A stretch of 64,000 bases of DNA from a virus: positions 1 through 64,000 of IMG/VR virus record IMGVR_UViG_3300021088_000008; one strand, 5' to 3'. Made by a program: the position numbers and the translations under genes. This document shows positions 1 to 8,612 of this stretch, piece by piece; the first letter of the stretch is position 1, and every line of letters starts with the position of its first letter. The notes below the pieces were generated by a model that had not been told where the DNA came from, did not search any database, and saw only the letters and a program-made list of their open reading frames with translations.

Positions 1-558
1 CGCGAATCGAATGAGCATTATTGCGAGCCGTTTTGGTGCAGCCAGAGGTTGTTTGAGGAGGAGAATTTTTCGCCGAGGATCTGGGACCCATGCTGCGGAT
101 TCGGGCGCATCCCGATCGCGGCGGCCCGCGCCGGTCTCGATGTGATCGGGACGGACATCGCTGATCGAGGATTCCACATGCTGGCTTCCAAACAGGATTT
201 CCTGACAACTCAGCGCGTGCTCGCGGGCCATATCGTTTGCAACCCTCCGTTCAATATCGCAAGCCGATTCGCCCTTCATGCGCTGTCCTTGGACCGCGTC
301 GAGAAAGTCGCGATGATCTTCCCCACCGCGCGCTTGAATGCCGCTCACTGGCTGCGCGGAACTCCGCTGATTCGGGTCTGGCTGATGACGCCGCGGCCGA
401 GCATGCCGCCCGGCCATACCATTGCCTGTGGCGCGAAACCCGGAGGCGGCAAGGTCGATTTTTGCTGGCTGGTCTGGGAGCGCGGATACGACGGCGCCGC
501 GCCTGAACTTTGTTGGCTGCGTCGCGATGGCAAAGGAGGAAACGATGGATCCGATTGA
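1..558 (+). CDS. DNA N6-adenine methyltransferase-like protein, 5'-truncated by window edge
   Basis: Frame open from base 1 (RESNEHYCEPFW...); motif I-like WDPCCGFG and catalytic VCNPPF. Confidence 0.75.
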   Translation, partial: RESNEHYCEPFWCSQRLFEEENFSPRIWDPCCGFGRIPIAAARAGLDVIGTDIADRGFHMLASKQDFLTTQRVLAGHIVCNPPFNIASRFALHALSLDRVEKVAMIFPTARLNAAHWLRGTPLIRVWLMTPRPSMPPGHTIACGAKPGGGKVDFCWLVWERGYDGAAPELCWLRRDGKGGNDGSD

Positions 559-742
559 AGTGGTTACCCTGGCGCGGTTCAATCTGCGCGTCTGCCAAGA
601 TTCGCTGGCGATCGCCCGCGGTGCGGCGCCGAACTGCTGGGGTATCCGGCAGGCATTCTCGCCGTACGATATCCGAGCGTACGAAGACCGCGTCGTGCGC
701 GCCATCGACCTGCTTTGGGAAGCGCAGCAGAATGCCGCGTGA
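545..742 (+). CDS. hypothetical phage protein
   Basis: AAGGAGG RBS before ATG 545; overlaps neighbours in operon fashion. Confidence 0.55.
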   Translation: MDPIEVVTLARFNLRVCQDSLAIARGAAPNCWGIRQAFSPYDIRAYEDRVVRAIDLLWEAQQNAA

Positions 743-932
743 TCTCCGCAAGAAAGAGGTCGACCGCCGCGCCAAGGCCCGCCGGCAGTACGCGATCGAG
801 CGGAACGAGCTCCGCGAGGCAACGGTACCGCGCCGGGCCGCAGCGGGCGCCACGTCGTTTGCGGTCAAGGTGTCCGACCCGGAGGACCGGGCCGCGATTG
901 ATGCGTTCCTGGAGGCTCGGAAGGGCTCCTGA
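732..932 (+). CDS. small basic hypothetical protein
   Basis: MPRDLRKKEVDRR..., coupled to upstream ORF. Confidence 0.5.
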   Translation: MPRDLRKKEVDRRAKARRQYAIERNELREATVPRRAAAGATSFAVKVSDPEDRAAIDAFLEARKGS

Positions 933-960
933 GAGCGGCAGTGGATACCGGGGATAGCCG

Positions 961-990
961 TTGACTCCAAAACCGATTCGACCCTACAAA
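961..990 (+). promoter_or_regulatory. putative sigma70 promoter upstream of structured leader and replication genes
   Basis: TTGACT-N18-TACAAA in an intergenic region. Confidence 0.35.
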
Positions 991-1409
991 ACGCAAGCGA
1001 CCCGCCGGGGGCTTTGGCGGGCCGTTGTAGCGTTACCGATGGATATCCTTGCCGGGAACATCGGATGGCACAAGATGTATGGCTTCTGCTGCCCTGCGTC
1101 AACCTTCCATCCAAAAACCCCAGCAATTTTCCCCATCGTCACAAGTCTGCCATCTTGGCCGGAGGTTCCGGCTGACCTAGCAACGGTGGATGCGCGCGGG
1201 TGTGAGGGCTTGCCCTTTCTCGGGTGTGCGGCTGGGGAAAATGTCGAGATAGGCTCGCTGTCCCATTCCGGCTCGGTCGGTCAGACGCGGCGAATATCCC
1301 TGCCTTCTCAGACTTCACGGTCTGAGGGGTAAGGGGTGTTCGGCCCTACGAACCCTTCCTCTCAATCGGTCAAACGACACAAAGTAAGCAAGAAAGGGGA
1401 ATCTGGATC

Positions 1410-1934
1410 ATGACTCGAAAGCCGCACAAGACGATGACGCCCGACGAATACGCAGCGCTCCAGATCGAGGGTTGGCATGAGGTCTGCCGGAATGTGGACG
1501 GCTTCGGTGGTGTCGGGGTTCGATTCGTGACGGCGGCGAAGAAATCTGGCGAGATCGACGACGATTGGCCCGAGGATTACCTCGAACAATTCTGGAAGCA
1601 ATTTCCGCCCTTCCGGCGCCAAGCCAGGGCGAAGGTTGGCCAGAAGCTCGCCAAAATCCGCGCCGCCGGCGCCGTGACCTGGCAGGTTCTATTTGCTGGG
1701 GTTTTGAAATTCGCGGCGACGAATCCCGGCGAGTACGCGCCGGCGCCGATGGTGTGGTTGAACGACGGTCGATGGGACCGGGAATATGGAAAAGGATTCT
1801 CCAATGGAAAAACTCAAGGCGCCTCCGGTGACAAGATCGGGTTCTCCGGCCTCGCCGCCAGGATCCGCTATGGTGATCTCGACGGGGAGTCCCGCCCGGC
1901 TCCCGAAGATCTCGAACCTGTTAACCGACGTTGA
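1410..1934 (+). CDS. phage replication initiator/replisome organiser-like protein (C-terminal-type domain)
   Basis: EQFWKQFP...APMVWLNDGRWD matches the FWxxYP...PxxWLNxxRWxD motif of phage replication proteins; AAGGGG RBS. Confidence 0.65.
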   Translation: MTRKPHKTMTPDEYAALQIEGWHEVCRNVDGFGGVGVRFVTAAKKSGEIDDDWPEDYLEQFWKQFPPFRRQARAKVGQKLAKIRAAGAVTWQVLFAGVLKFAATNPGEYAPAPMVWLNDGRWDREYGKGFSNGKTQGASGDKIGFSGLAARIRYGDLDGESRPAPEDLEPVNRR

Positions 1935-2385
1935 AATTCCGCGGTCGGCCTGGGCGGCTTGGATCCCGTCAGAGGGATCGCGCCAGTTGCGGCGGACTCT
2001 GACCGAAGTCGAGAGGAGCGCGCTGGTCGCGCGCCGAGATGAGTTGGCGCCGGCGGTTCTCGGATTCGCTGATTTCGAGCGGAACAAGGTCGCGCTTGCG
2101 CTCGCGGATATGTTCGGGTCGTTTCCATCGATGCGGCAGAGCGGTAGCGAAGTCATGGCGCGGCTCGACGCAGCTCAACGGGTGCTTGAGCCTTACCCGC
2201 TGTGGGCGATCCGACGGGCTTGTCTGTCGATCCAGTCGAATGGCGTTTGGCGCGAGGAAAAATTCGATCGGCAATGGCCGCCGAGCGACGCCGAGATTGT
2301 GGCCAGTGTCCGCGCCGAGATGCGCCTCTACGCCAACCAATATCATTCTGCGGTCGCGCTGCTGGCCGCTACGGTCGAGGAGTAG
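1786..2385 (+). CDS. putative helicase loader-like replication protein
   Basis: Follows initiator; YPLWAIRRAC...WPPSDAEI motif typical of alphaproteobacterial phage loaders; start uncertain. Confidence 0.5.
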   Translation: MEKDSPMEKLKAPPVTRSGSPASPPGSAMVISTGSPARLPKISNLLTDVEIPRSAWAAWIPSEGSRQLRRTLTEVERSALVARRDELAPAVLGFADFERNKVALALADMFGSFPSMRQSGSEVMARLDAAQRVLEPYPLWAIRRACLSIQSNGVWREEKFDRQWPPSDAEIVASVRAEMRLYANQYHSAVALLAATVEE

Positions 2386-2387
2386 CG

Positions 2388-2750
2388 ATGAGATCCTTCA
2401 ACGAGCCATGGGAACCCGAGGACATCTTCGACCGCCACGAGGCCGCAGAGCGCCGCGCGTATCTGGACCGGATCAAGGAGCGGAATGCAGCGACCGCCGC
2501 ACAGGAGGCCGCCGCTGAGGCGGCACGGCATGAATCCGCACGGCAGTTCACTCTTGAGACCACGAAGCGGGCGATCCGGCGCGATTACGAACAGGCCGGA
2601 GTCGAACCGCTGCAGGTTGGTGGGGATGGAACACCGACGGTATCCCTCCCGCTGCTGCTGTCGATGGGGTGGACTGTGGCCGATTTCAACGGCGAGCGGC
2701 AGCTCGTGCGGCCAAATCATGAGAGACCATCACACAGAGGAGACGAATGA
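2388..2750 (+). CDS. hypothetical protein
   Basis: GAGGAG RBS, ATG 2388, plausible composition. Confidence 0.55.
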   Translation: MRSFNEPWEPEDIFDRHEAAERRAYLDRIKERNAATAAQEAAAEAARHESARQFTLETTKRAIRRDYEQAGVEPLQVGGDGTPTVSLPLLLSMGWTVADFNGERQLVRPNHERPSHRGDE

Positions 2751-2751
2751 A

Positions 2752-3309
2752 ATGGCCATGTTCAAGGAAATCAAGGTGATCACGTTATGGCAGCCATGGG
2801 CAAGCCTGATCATGATCGGCGCGAAGCCGTGGGAATTTCGCAGTTGGAACTACGCTACATGCGGCATCGGTGTTCGTATCGGCGACACGATCGGAATTCA
2901 TGCCGGCGCGCGACCAACCAAGCCGGCGGAAGTTCGAGACCTCCTGGCTCGCCTGGATGACGAGGATGGATCAACCGGATTGATCCCGGATCTGGCGCGG
3001 CCGCTTCTTGAGCGCCTGATGTCAGCGCACAAGTGCATGGGCATAATCGAGCACTCCGCGCTGCTCGGAACGGCGACAATCGGAAAGCCAATTCTGAGTT
3101 GTGATCTCAAACCTGAATGGGCAGCCCTGATCAACGATAGCGATCGGCTGGAGCATTGCAATTGGGCGTGGCCAATGTCGGATATCAGCCGATTCGATGA
3201 GCCGATCAAAATCAATGGCCATCAGGGATTTTGGAATTTCTCGATGCCAACCGAGCTTTGGGAACATCAAGCTGGAATTGATCACGTGCATCGCCGCGCG
3301 ATAGCTTGA
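2752..3309 (+). CDS. ASCH domain protein
   Basis: ITLWQPWASLI..GAKPWEFRSW...IGIHAG...GHQGFWN ASCH signature. Confidence 0.85.
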   Translation: MAMFKEIKVITLWQPWASLIMIGAKPWEFRSWNYATCGIGVRIGDTIGIHAGARPTKPAEVRDLLARLDDEDGSTGLIPDLARPLLERLMSAHKCMGIIEHSALLGTATIGKPILSCDLKPEWAALINDSDRLEHCNWAWPMSDISRFDEPIKINGHQGFWNFSMPTELWEHQAGIDHVHRRAIA

Positions 3310-3619
3310 GATGCTTCAAAACCTCAAGCGGATGCTGCTGGTCGAGGATGCCGGCACGGATCAGCGCGTCGGCGTAGTCGCCCAGGACCATGCCGAGCAT
3401 GGCCCGGCCGCGCTCGGTGAGCACCGTCGTCCTGGGTCTCACAGCTCCGGTGGGCGAGCCGCGGAGGTAGCCTTGGCCGATGAGCGCGTTCCGAGACTGG
3501 ACCTTGTGGGGGTCGCAGATGGTGACGTCGACCTCTCCATCGATATGTCCGATCAGCATGTTCCGTTGGCAAACGGTGAGTTTCCGGAGTTCGGTTTCGC
3601 TGATCGGGGCCATCGTCAT
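3212..3619 (-). CDS. hypothetical protein, possibly winged-helix
   Basis: GGAGA RBS; LTxxQRxML...LTERGRAML pattern; lone antisense gene. Confidence 0.5.
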   Translation of the reverse strand: MTMAPISETELRKLTVCQRNMLIGHIDGEVDVTICDPHKVQSRNALIGQGYLRGSPTGAVRPRTTVLTERGRAMLGMVLGDYADALIRAGILDQQHPLEVLKHLKLSRGDARDQFQLDVPKARLASRNSKIPDGH

Positions 3620-3912
3620 GGGCGGATCTCCTGGGTTCCATGCAGATTTATCTACCGATTTGCGCATTTGTCCATAGCCAGAGGTGATAATTGTCGCTAA
3701 AACTGATTCCGAAACGGAGGCGTGGCCATGAAGCTAGATCGCAACATCAACGGCACCGGTCGTGGCAAGTACGGGTTGGTAAACAATCGCAGCGTATTGA
3801 TCTCCAGCGCGAGAACCGACGCCTCCGGCAGGAGATCGCCGCGCTTGAGGCATTCGAAGATCCAATGCCGTGGCCGCCACGCCGACAATACCAATTTTCG
3901 GAGGATCAACTG

Positions 3913-4098
3913 ATGTCTGAATGCATCATTGATGGTTGCCAGAAAAATCTTCTCCTCGCTGAGATGGACGAGCGTGTAAAAGCTGAACGCGAGCGCTGCA
4001 TTGCCATCGTGCAGGCTGCTCGCCGAGGCGATATCGATGGTGACCTCAGGTGCCTTATCAGCCGCATGAAAGATCCTAACGACAGGGGCGAATCCTGA
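3913..4098 (+). CDS. hypothetical protein
   Basis: GGAGG RBS; AERERCIAIV motif common in phage early proteins. Confidence 0.5.
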   Translation: MSECIIDGCQKNLLLAEMDERVKAERERCIAIVQAARRGDIDGDLRCLISRMKDPNDRGES

Positions 4099-4448
4099 TG
4101 GCACAGCGAACGCCTGGACCGTGGAATTACGTGCGAGCTCCGCAGCCAACAGATGGTGAGTTTGATTGCGCCATCAGCGCCTTTATCGATGGCAAACGGC
4201 AGGTGATCGCCGAATGCTTCGGCCGCGTCGCTCATAACGTAAGGCCAGATTCGCAGGCGAACGCCGCTGCGATCGTCAAATGGGAGAACTCGTTCGACGA
4301 ACTCGTGAGAGTGCTGGAGGATCTGCTGAGATGCGGAAGCGCCATCATCGGAGCTTCGACCGATGATCCCCAAGCAGAAGAGGCATTCAAGATGTACGAC
4401 ACGGCGAGAAAGCTAGCGCGCGCCGCCCTCGCCAAGGCCAAGTCATGA
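4098..4448 (+). CDS. hypothetical phage protein (TPGPW family)
   Basis: TPGPW...ANAAAI...ARAALAKA pattern. Confidence 0.65.
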   Translation: MAQRTPGPWNYVRAPQPTDGEFDCAISAFIDGKRQVIAECFGRVAHNVRPDSQANAAAIVKWENSFDELVRVLEDLLRCGSAIIGASTDDPQAEEAFKMYDTARKLARAALAKAKS

Positions 4449-4601
4449 CTGATCCATCCATGCACGACGCGCTGACACCGCCGCGCCAGCGCCCCGGCTA
4501 TAACTGGGAGCGCCATGAAGGCTGCTCCTGCCGTTCGTGCCCGTGGAAGGGAAACTGCAGGGGCGAGGATACTGAGCACTGGATTCGGATTGGAGAAGAG
4601 C

Positions 4602-4799
4602 ATGAGACTTGAAGCCATCATCAAATCCGTCATCGAGGACGGCGAAGAGCTAAGCATCTCTATCAGAGGATGGGCTGATTCCGATCCAGTCGGGACAATG
4701 AACCGCCCGCTCGGCACAATCAAAATTCCTTCAAGCCCCCGCAACTGTCGCGCCTATCATGTCGGGCGCCGCTTGTTTATCGACGTGAAACCAGCCTAA
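4602..4799 (+). CDS. hypothetical protein
   Basis: GGAG RBS, ATG 4602. Confidence 0.45.
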   Translation: MRLEAIIKSVIEDGEELSISIRGWADSDPVGTMNRPLGTIKIPSSPRNCRAYHVGRRLFIDVKPA

Positions 4800-4862
4800 T
4801 ACCCCTCTTGCCTCCGGGGACAATCCACCCCTAAAGTAGGATTTGAAACGAAAGGAATCGAA

Positions 4863-5051
4863 ATGCGCGTATCCGAAATGCAAGCGAAGATCGCTGTGGC
4901 GAAAGCGAAGATTGCGGCTGAGCTTCCCATGTCCGGCGTCGAAGAAAAGAAGGTCGCGGAATTTATCGCTATCGGGCTCGACCTCCTCGGAGAGGTCTTC
5001 GTCGATCTGAAGCGGATCGCCGACGCCGTTGAAGCGCTCAACAAAGGCTAG
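4863..5051 (+). CDS. hypothetical protein
   Basis: AAGGA RBS; amphipathic helical sequence. Confidence 0.55.
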   Translation: MRVSEMQAKIAVAKAKIAAELPMSGVEEKKVAEFIAIGLDLLGEVFVDLKRIADAVEALNKG

Positions 5052-5192
5052 AATAGGATCTGCACCACGGCGACGCCGAGCGCCCAAGAGCAAGCGGTGG
5101 TGCAGGCGATCACGAGAATAAGGCGTTGAGCGAACATTGGTTTTCTCCTTCTGTCGAGGCGACAGTAGGCGGCAAAGATTGAGGAGAGGTTA

Positions 5193-5420
5193 ATGAAAGC
5201 TATTGGTGTCATCGTCACGACCCTTATCGAGCATGTCGATGTTGATCTTCCTGACGATCTTCCTGAGAGCGAAGTGGGAGAATTATTCATGAGGATCGCA
5301 ATGACCCTGTCATCGAAAACTCTGCTTTCAAAACAGGTTCAATTTTGTCCTCTCGCCCGCGGACTTCCCGACCCGCCGACCGAAAATAAACAGCCGACAA
5401 ATATCGACCCAACAGATTGA
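5193..5420 (+). CDS. hypothetical protein
   Basis: GAGGAGAGG RBS. Confidence 0.5.
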   Translation: MKAIGVIVTTLIEHVDVDLPDDLPESEVGELFMRIAMTLSSKTLLSKQVQFCPLARGLPDPPTENKQPTNIDPTD

Positions 5421-5782
5421 CATCATTTACCGATCGGCACCTCGCAATGTCACGCCCCAAAGGCTCAAAGAATCGACCCAAACGCCACGTCAATCCCTTG
5501 ACAAAACGAGAGGCCGTAGTCGCTCAATCCGGTGTCACCCCACTGGAATACATGCTCCGGATCATGCGGGACCCCCGCGCCTCCAAGGAGCGCCGCGACG
5601 ACATGGCCAAGGCCGCGGCCAGGTTCGTTCACCCGATTCTAGGCGCAATAGCCAGCATCCAGGCCCCGCAGGTCATGCCGGACCAGCAGAAGACGATCCA
5701 GCATGAGGGTAATGTGGTGCAGATCGACGACCCGGTGGCGGCGGCCCGGCTGTATACGCGGATGATCAAGCAGGTCAGGTAG
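5417..5782 (+). CDS. terS: terminase small subunit (putative)
   Basis: RPKGSKN...GVTPLEYMLRIMRD...RRDDMAKAAARFVHP, typical TerS motifs. Confidence 0.7.
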   Translation: MTSFTDRHLAMSRPKGSKNRPKRHVNPLTKREAVVAQSGVTPLEYMLRIMRDPRASKERRDDMAKAAARFVHPILGAIASIQAPQVMPDQQKTIQHEGNVVQIDDPVAAARLYTRMIKQVR

Positions 5783-5784
5783 TC

Positions 5785-5823
5785 GTTACCGCTTGACGTA
5801 ACGGCGCGTTACTTTAAGGTAAC
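5785..5823 (+). promoter_or_regulatory. promoter overlapped by four GTTAC/GTAAC half-sites (putative operator)
   Basis: TTGACG-N16-TAAGGT; GTTAC 5785, GTAAC 5798, GTTAC 5808, GTAAC 5819. Confidence 0.5.
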
Positions 5824-5828
5824 TCCCC

Positions 5829-6017
5829 ATGAGCGAGGTCACAGAGGCTATTGGGCGGATCCGGCGCGCGATGCCTCGCAATGCCGATGCCATGCTGATC
5901 TGCGATGAGCTTGACCGTCGGCTTAGATCAAGCCCGACCGAGACGCCGAAATTAACCCGAGCCGAGATCCAGCGGAACTACCGGATCCGACAGAAGGCCA
6001 AGAAGGAACAATCCTGA
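5829..6017 (+). CDS. small putative DNA-binding protein
   Basis: LTRAEIQRNYRIRQK basic helix; no SD, likely leaderless. Confidence 0.55.
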   Translation: MSEVTEAIGRIRRAMPRNADAMLICDELDRRLRSSPTETPKLTRAEIQRNYRIRQKAKKEQS

Positions 6018-6077
6018 TGCCCGTTCGAATCGCCCGCCGCCGAGCCGGCCCGCACCGCACGCCGAGATCTGCTCACG

Positions 6078-6332
6078 ATGTTCGGGTTCGCGGTGCCGGC
6101 TGCGATCATCAATTTACCGGTCCCGGTCAAAGCCGAGGATCGCACGCAGCCAGCCATCACGCCGCGAGATGTCTTTGAGATCTCTCTTGAGACCGCGATC
6201 AATGCATTGCCGATGCAATATCGGGATGCCGCGATGAATCCGAGCGGAGTTATGCATTCTCTCCTCGTGGCGAATGCCATGGCGGCGGCGCATGTTTTCT
6301 CCTTCCAGCAGCATTTTCTCAGGAGCGTCTGA
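6078..6332 (+). CDS. hypothetical protein (possibly frameshifted at the 5' end)
   Basis: ORF; the same frame upstream reads PFESPAAEPARTARRDLL. Confidence 0.4.
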   Translation: MFGFAVPAAIINLPVPVKAEDRTQPAITPRDVFEISLETAINALPMQYRDAAMNPSGVMHSLLVANAMAAAHVFSFQQHFLRSV

Positions 6333-6781
6333 TGCCGTTCGAAGAGCTTGAGACGATCACCCGGGCGAATGCGCCGCCGATGGCGACGATCTCTTACAGC
6401 TTGGCCTACAAGGGATCGAAACGGCCAGATAGAGGCGACAGAAAACCGCGCCTCCTCATCACGATCCCGACGACGTTATGCGGGGCCTCAAAATCCGAAA
6501 CGTTTCGGCTGTTGATCGGAACTGGACCCGATGCCGGAAAGCTCATGATCAAAGGTGATAACGTTTCCCGTGATGGCGGTGTCGCGCCAGCTCAATTGGC
6601 GCATTTCTTTCGCTGGAACTTCGGTTTTGTCCCGCGGCTCGGCGATGATCTTTTCGAGGGCGAAAAGCGGCCCGTAAAGAAAATCTCGGATGAGGTATTC
6701 GAAATCTCGGTTCCGGTGAGTTGGTTCGAGGGGGCGATCGAGGAAATCCCGTCGATCCTGAAAAAGACCAAGGTGGCGTAA
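6332..6781 (+). CDS. hypothetical protein
   Basis: AGGAG RBS, stop/start overlap. Confidence 0.6.
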   Translation: MPFEELETITRANAPPMATISYSLAYKGSKRPDRGDRKPRLLITIPTTLCGASKSETFRLLIGTGPDAGKLMIKGDNVSRDGGVAPAQLAHFFRWNFGFVPRLGDDLFEGEKRPVKKISDEVFEISVPVSWFEGAIEEIPSILKKTKVA

Positions 6782-7452
6782 TGGACCTGAACCCCTACGA
6801 CGAGCTCGGCGTGGCGCGCGATGCGACCGAGGCGGAAGTCCGCAAGGCCTATCGCAAGAAGGCCAAGTCGACGCATCCGGATAGCGGGGGAGATCCCGCG
6901 GAATGGTCGCGCGTCTGCACATCGCTCGTAGTCCTGACCGATCCAAAGAAGCGCAAGACCTTCGACGACACCGGCCGCATTGAGGAGAATCGCCCGGACA
7001 ACGATCGCGCGGCCGCGCTGCAGATCATCGAAATGCACATGGGCACGATCTGCAACGAGTTCATCCAGAGCGGCTTCCTGCCCGATCGCGACCCGCGCCG
7101 CATTGACGTCATCAAGGTGATTCGCCACAAGGTGACATCTGAGATCGCTGAGGCCAAGGTCGGCATCAAGGGCGGCGAGAAGGTCATTGCGTTCATGCGC
7201 GACATGGCGAAGCGATTCACCCAGGCCAAGACGGCTACGGCAGGCGAGCCCGATCCGATCGGTCGCGGCCTCGAGCTACAGATCAGAAACGCCGAGGAGC
7301 AGATCGCCGGCATCCGGGCCAATGTGCGCCAGCGCGAGTTGGTCCTGACGATCCTGGATGGCTACCGGTTTGAGATGGATCGGCGCGGCCCCGAAAATCC
7401 GATGCGGGAATACAACGAGTATAGCCTCAAGTTCGGGATTTTTCCGTCGTGA
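6781..7452 (+). CDS. DnaJ (J-domain) protein
   Basis: NPYDELGV...VRKAYRKKAKSTHPDSGG...LTDPKKRKTFD, with HPD motif. Confidence 0.9.
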   Translation: MDLNPYDELGVARDATEAEVRKAYRKKAKSTHPDSGGDPAEWSRVCTSLVVLTDPKKRKTFDDTGRIEENRPDNDRAAALQIIEMHMGTICNEFIQSGFLPDRDPRRIDVIKVIRHKVTSEIAEAKVGIKGGEKVIAFMRDMAKRFTQAKTATAGEPDPIGRGLELQIRNAEEQIAGIRANVRQRELVLTILDGYRFEMDRRGPENPMREYNEYSLKFGIFPS

Positions 7453-7739
7453 AGAAGCCGCGCGCCGACATGCTGACCAAGCCGAGGCGCCAAAGCTATT
7501 GCGATGACTGGAGTTGCCCAGCCGCGCGATCCTGCGCGAATCACTTCGGGAGATCGTTAGCATATGCTCGAATGAGCTTTCATCATCCTAAGACCGAACA
7601 TGGCTCCGGTACGCCATACGATCGGCACGCGAGCGAGGACCGGCAATCATGTTCCGCCTACCGGTTCGATCGACAGAAGGAATGGCTCAAGATCGAGCCG
7701 TGGCAGACCTCGCATCGCGAGCCTGGGCTCCCCCAATGA
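7449..7739 (+). CDS. Cys-rich hypothetical protein
   Basis: GTGA overlap; CxxxxCPxxxxC. Confidence 0.5.
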   Translation: MKKPRADMLTKPRRQSYCDDWSCPAARSCANHFGRSLAYARMSFHHPKTEHGSGTPYDRHASEDRQSCSAYRFDRQKEWLKIEPWQTSHREPGLPQ

Positions 7740-7993
7740 AGAAGCCAGCCGATCGCCCCGAGATGCCAACCCCAAAGCAGCGGCGCCCTTCTCCGCAGCA
7801 CGCCGGCAATATCCCGAAGCTCTGCTCGAACTGCCAGCACTTCCTGCCGAGCAAGTCCAGCCGATACCGCGGTGACTGCCGCAACGGCATCTCGGGGCGC
7901 CTGACCACCGACGCCGGCGAGAAGTGCGAATACGGATTTTACCCGTCGGTTGAGCGGTTCCCGCTGCGCGCCGGGCCCGGGGGCGTCAGGTGA
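7736..7993 (+). CDS. Cys-rich hypothetical protein
   Basis: ATGA overlap; CSNCQHF...GDC...C. Confidence 0.5.
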   Translation: MKKPADRPEMPTPKQRRPSPQHAGNIPKLCSNCQHFLPSKSSRYRGDCRNGISGRLTTDAGEKCEYGFYPSVERFPLRAGPGGVR

Positions 7994-8283
7994 GCGACCG
8001 AATCGGATGCTGCATCCCTTTCTGTCGTCGTACTGTAGATGCCGATCGCTTCAAGGGACAGGAAATCATTTGCGGGAAGCATTGGCGGATGGCGTCTCCA
8101 ACATTCCGCCGGCGACATAGCCGATTATTTCGACGATATCGGCGCCTTTTCGGTGATAATGGATTCTGGCACTTTCCGCCCGGATCTCCAGCCCGACTCG
8201 AAGCTGTCAGATTGCATAGGTTGCTTGAAACATTGTGGGAACGCTGCAAGCGCCAAGCAACCGAGATCGCTGCGGGGATCTGA
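7990..8283 (+). CDS. hypothetical phage protein
   Basis: CCIPFCRRT...ICGKHWR motif. Confidence 0.6.
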   Translation: MSDRIGCCIPFCRRTVDADRFKGQEIICGKHWRMASPTFRRRHSRLFRRYRRLFGDNGFWHFPPGSPARLEAVRLHRLLETLWERCKRQATEIAAGI

Positions 8284-8612
8284 TGACGAAGCCGTTTGTC
8301 AGGTCCCGCCGGCAGAACGGCAAGCTCTGCACATATTGCGCGCGGCCGATGAGCACCGACGTTCCGCTGCTCTACCCCACACGGGATCACGTCGAGCCGA
8401 GGTCCAAGGGCGGCCGCATCCTGGTTTGGGCATGCGCCACGTGCAACCACGTCAAGCGGGACATGACCGAAGAGCAATGGGCGGTGTACCGATTTGAGCA
8501 TGATTATTGGTGGAGACCGGGCCGGCGCCGAGTGCCTACGAACTGGAGGCCGCATCATCATCGCGAAAATGCCGGCTGCCCAAAGTCTTTCGCCGCCGAG
8601 GAATCCAAGTGA
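8283..8612 (+). CDS. HNH endonuclease adjacent to TerL
   Basis: CTYC...TRDHVEPRSKGG...ACATCNHVK. Confidence 0.85.
   Translation: MTKPFVRSRRQNGKLCTYCARPMSTDVPLLYPTRDHVEPRSKGGRILVWACATCNHVKRDMTEEQWAVYRFEHDYWWRPGRRRVPTNWRPHHHRENAGCPKSFAAEESK

Noticed and set aside
3722-3913. ORF starting MKLDRNINGTGRGKYGL as an intact gene
   Set aside because: It loses protein-like character after ~25 codons while another frame becomes plausible; probably a deletion remnant, too uncertain to call.
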